Shown here: in pieces, positions 62,650 through 64,000 of the stretch
Position numbering within the stretch: position 1 is the stretch's first letter
Layout of the letters: each line of letters begins with the position of its first letter
DNA from: a virus
DNA length: 64,000 bases
Virus record (IMG/VR): IMGVR_UViG_3300031420_000490
Direction: 5' to 3' (one strand)
Made by a program: the position numbers and the translations under genes
The notes under the pieces: generated by a model
The model's input: only the letters and a program-made list of their open reading frames with translations
Databases searched by the model: none
What the model was told of the DNA's origin: nothing

Positions 62650-64000
62650 ATGGCTACCATCACAGCCACCCTCCGTCAGGCCGCCCTCCGCCGCGGCATC
62701 CTCATCGAGAACCTCACGGGGACCAGCCCCGCCAGCGATGCTGTGCGCTACGCTGCTGTGCTCGAGCTCGCCAACCTGGGTTTCCTCGTGCAGCCCGACG
62801 ATCTCAAGGGCTTCTCCACCAAGGCACTCACTTCCACCATCGAGGGTGCCCGCAAGGTCATCGGCGCTGATCGGAACATGAAGCCGATCTACCCGGGCTT
62901 CCCGAAGCAGGTCGAGGAGCTCTCCACGCTGCAGCTCCTCATGGAGCAGATCCTCCATTACTGGACCGCCGGTCGCTTCCTTCCCAGCCACCCGGACGAG
63001 GTCCGCGAGGGCCTTCCCCTGGAGGACATGCTGCGCAGTGCTCGACAGCTGCGACTCCTGTCGGCAGATGTGGCCCTGGAGGAGCTCCTCAGTGAGCTCG
63101 TCAAGGCTCCTGTCGCGCTCTCCTCGGACGACCGGGAGCTCCTCGCAGAGCTCACCAAGGTGGTCTACGGTGAGGGCTTCCACCGGACCCTCAGCACCGC
63201 CGACCTCGTGCGCAGCTCCACCAACGGCGAGAACATCCAGGTCTTCGGCGAGGCGCTCCGAGACCATGCCTCCAAGGCTGTGCACAGCAAGGATGACTAC
63301 TTCACCGCGGTGAGCTTCGGTATCCGCAACAGCGACCACCTCCTGCGAGTGATCCTGTCCTTCTACGGCGCTCCGGCAGCCGACCGCTGGGTTGAGAACT
63401 ACAAGCTCGCCGTGGGCACCCTGGCCGACCGGCACTTCCGGGCAGTGCGCTTCTCGAGCGTTCCTCGCCACCAGCGCCAGCGCATCGTGGACGCCCTGGG
63501 TAAGCTCACCGAGGGCTACCAGGCCGACCGGCTCGTGGCCCGTCAGAACCTCTGGCGTCGAGTCTTCAAGGGTCTCCACCCCTACGACCTGAAGCTTTCG
63601 GTAGAGTCGAAGCGCGCCCTGGACATCGTCCACAGCAACATCGACTACCGGACCCTGAACTCGGTCATCGAGGAGGCCCTGGAGAGCCGCAGGATCTCTG
63701 AGGCCGTGGAGCTCCTCGCAGAGCACCAGCCGGGCAACCTCCTCCGGCGTCTCGTGGCCATCCTCCGGCTCACGAAGAAGAAGGCGGACGCCAAGGTCCT
63801 CGCGAAGCGCGTGGCTGAGGTCGGTTCGAGGGCTACGCTCTCCACGCTGATCTCTTCCTACAACGGTGTCCTCGGCGCCAACGACGAGCACGCTCGCGTG
63901 AACCGGGTTGCCGAGCTCAACAACACCATGCTGGATCGGGGCGAGGTCGAGAAGATCGACGCGAACTTCCAGGCTGAGATCCTCGGAGCTCTGGATGAGG
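62650..64000 (+). CDS. large alpha-helical protein, 3'-truncated; resembles the MXAN_6230/SCO0854-like (TerD-associated) family without the RING insert
   Basis: Open frame to the window end, AAGGA RBS; LRRG, ELANLGF, PIYPGFPKQV, ILHYW, W.R...LHPY and G.LLRRL motifs. Family call is from memory. Confidence 0.7.
   Translation, partial: MATITATLRQAALRRGILIENLTGTSPASDAVRYAAVLELANLGFLVQPDDLKGFSTKALTSTIEGARKVIGADRNMKPIYPGFPKQVEELSTLQLLMEQILHYWTAGRFLPSHPDEVREGLPLEDMLRSARQLRLLSADVALEELLSELVKAPVALSSDDRELLAELTKVVYGEGFHRTLSTADLVRSSTNGENIQVFGEALRDHASKAVHSKDDYFTAVSFGIRNSDHLLRVILSFYGAPAADRWVENYKLAVGTLADRHFRAVRFSSVPRHQRQRIVDALGKLTEGYQADRLVARQNLWRRVFKGLHPYDLKLSVESKRALDIVHSNIDYRTLNSVIEEALESRRISEAVELLAEHQPGNLLRRLVAILRLTKKKADAKVLAKRVAEVGSRATLSTLISSYNGVLGANDEHARVNRVAELNNTMLDRGEVEKIDANFQAEILGALDE

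Noticed and set aside
62380-63891. 503-aa minus-strand ORF (also 31921-33486, 54270-55382, 39414-40469 and many similar)
   Set aside because: Antisense shadows of real + strand genes in high-GC DNA; no RBS or promoter, and low-complexity translations.
1-64000. Very frequent GAGCTC and CTCGAG hexamers
   Set aside because: Explained by GAG-CTC (Glu-Leu) and CTC-GAG codon preference.

Overview
High-GC (roughly 65%) actinobacterial-type DNA packed with about 115 mostly short, mostly + strand genes. It has dozens of sigma-A-like promoters (many leaderless) and many tandem or dispersed paralogue families. No virion, replicase, rRNA or tRNA genes are visible. It reads as the accessory region of a very large mobile replicon (megaplasmid, phage-plasmid or jumbo phage); this is inference. 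Recognisable genes: HD hydrolase, FtsK-like ATPase, M50 peptidase, R2K-type ATP-grasp, RNase HI, DUF3228-like, HNH-like nuclease, IS200/IS605 TnpB, ParB-like domain, DEDDh exonuclease, GalU, secreted surface proteins and lipoproteins. Main leads: (1) at 62.2-64 kb, two copies of a ~61-nt covarying structured RNA (one stand-alone with promoter and terminator, one in the 5' UTR of a large ORF missing from the ORF track) flank an array of three 20-bp palindromes; (2) four genes share an N-terminal H-C-C-H domain fused to different payloads (zincin, R-S-E ADP-ribosyltransferase, two unknowns); (3) I found no ACGT in the window by manual scan, and a parS-like site has ATGT instead of ACGT at its centre; (4) an 18-bp hairpin hides the RBS and start codon of a gene that lies behind micro-ORFs. 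All calls come from reading the sequence; no searches were run.
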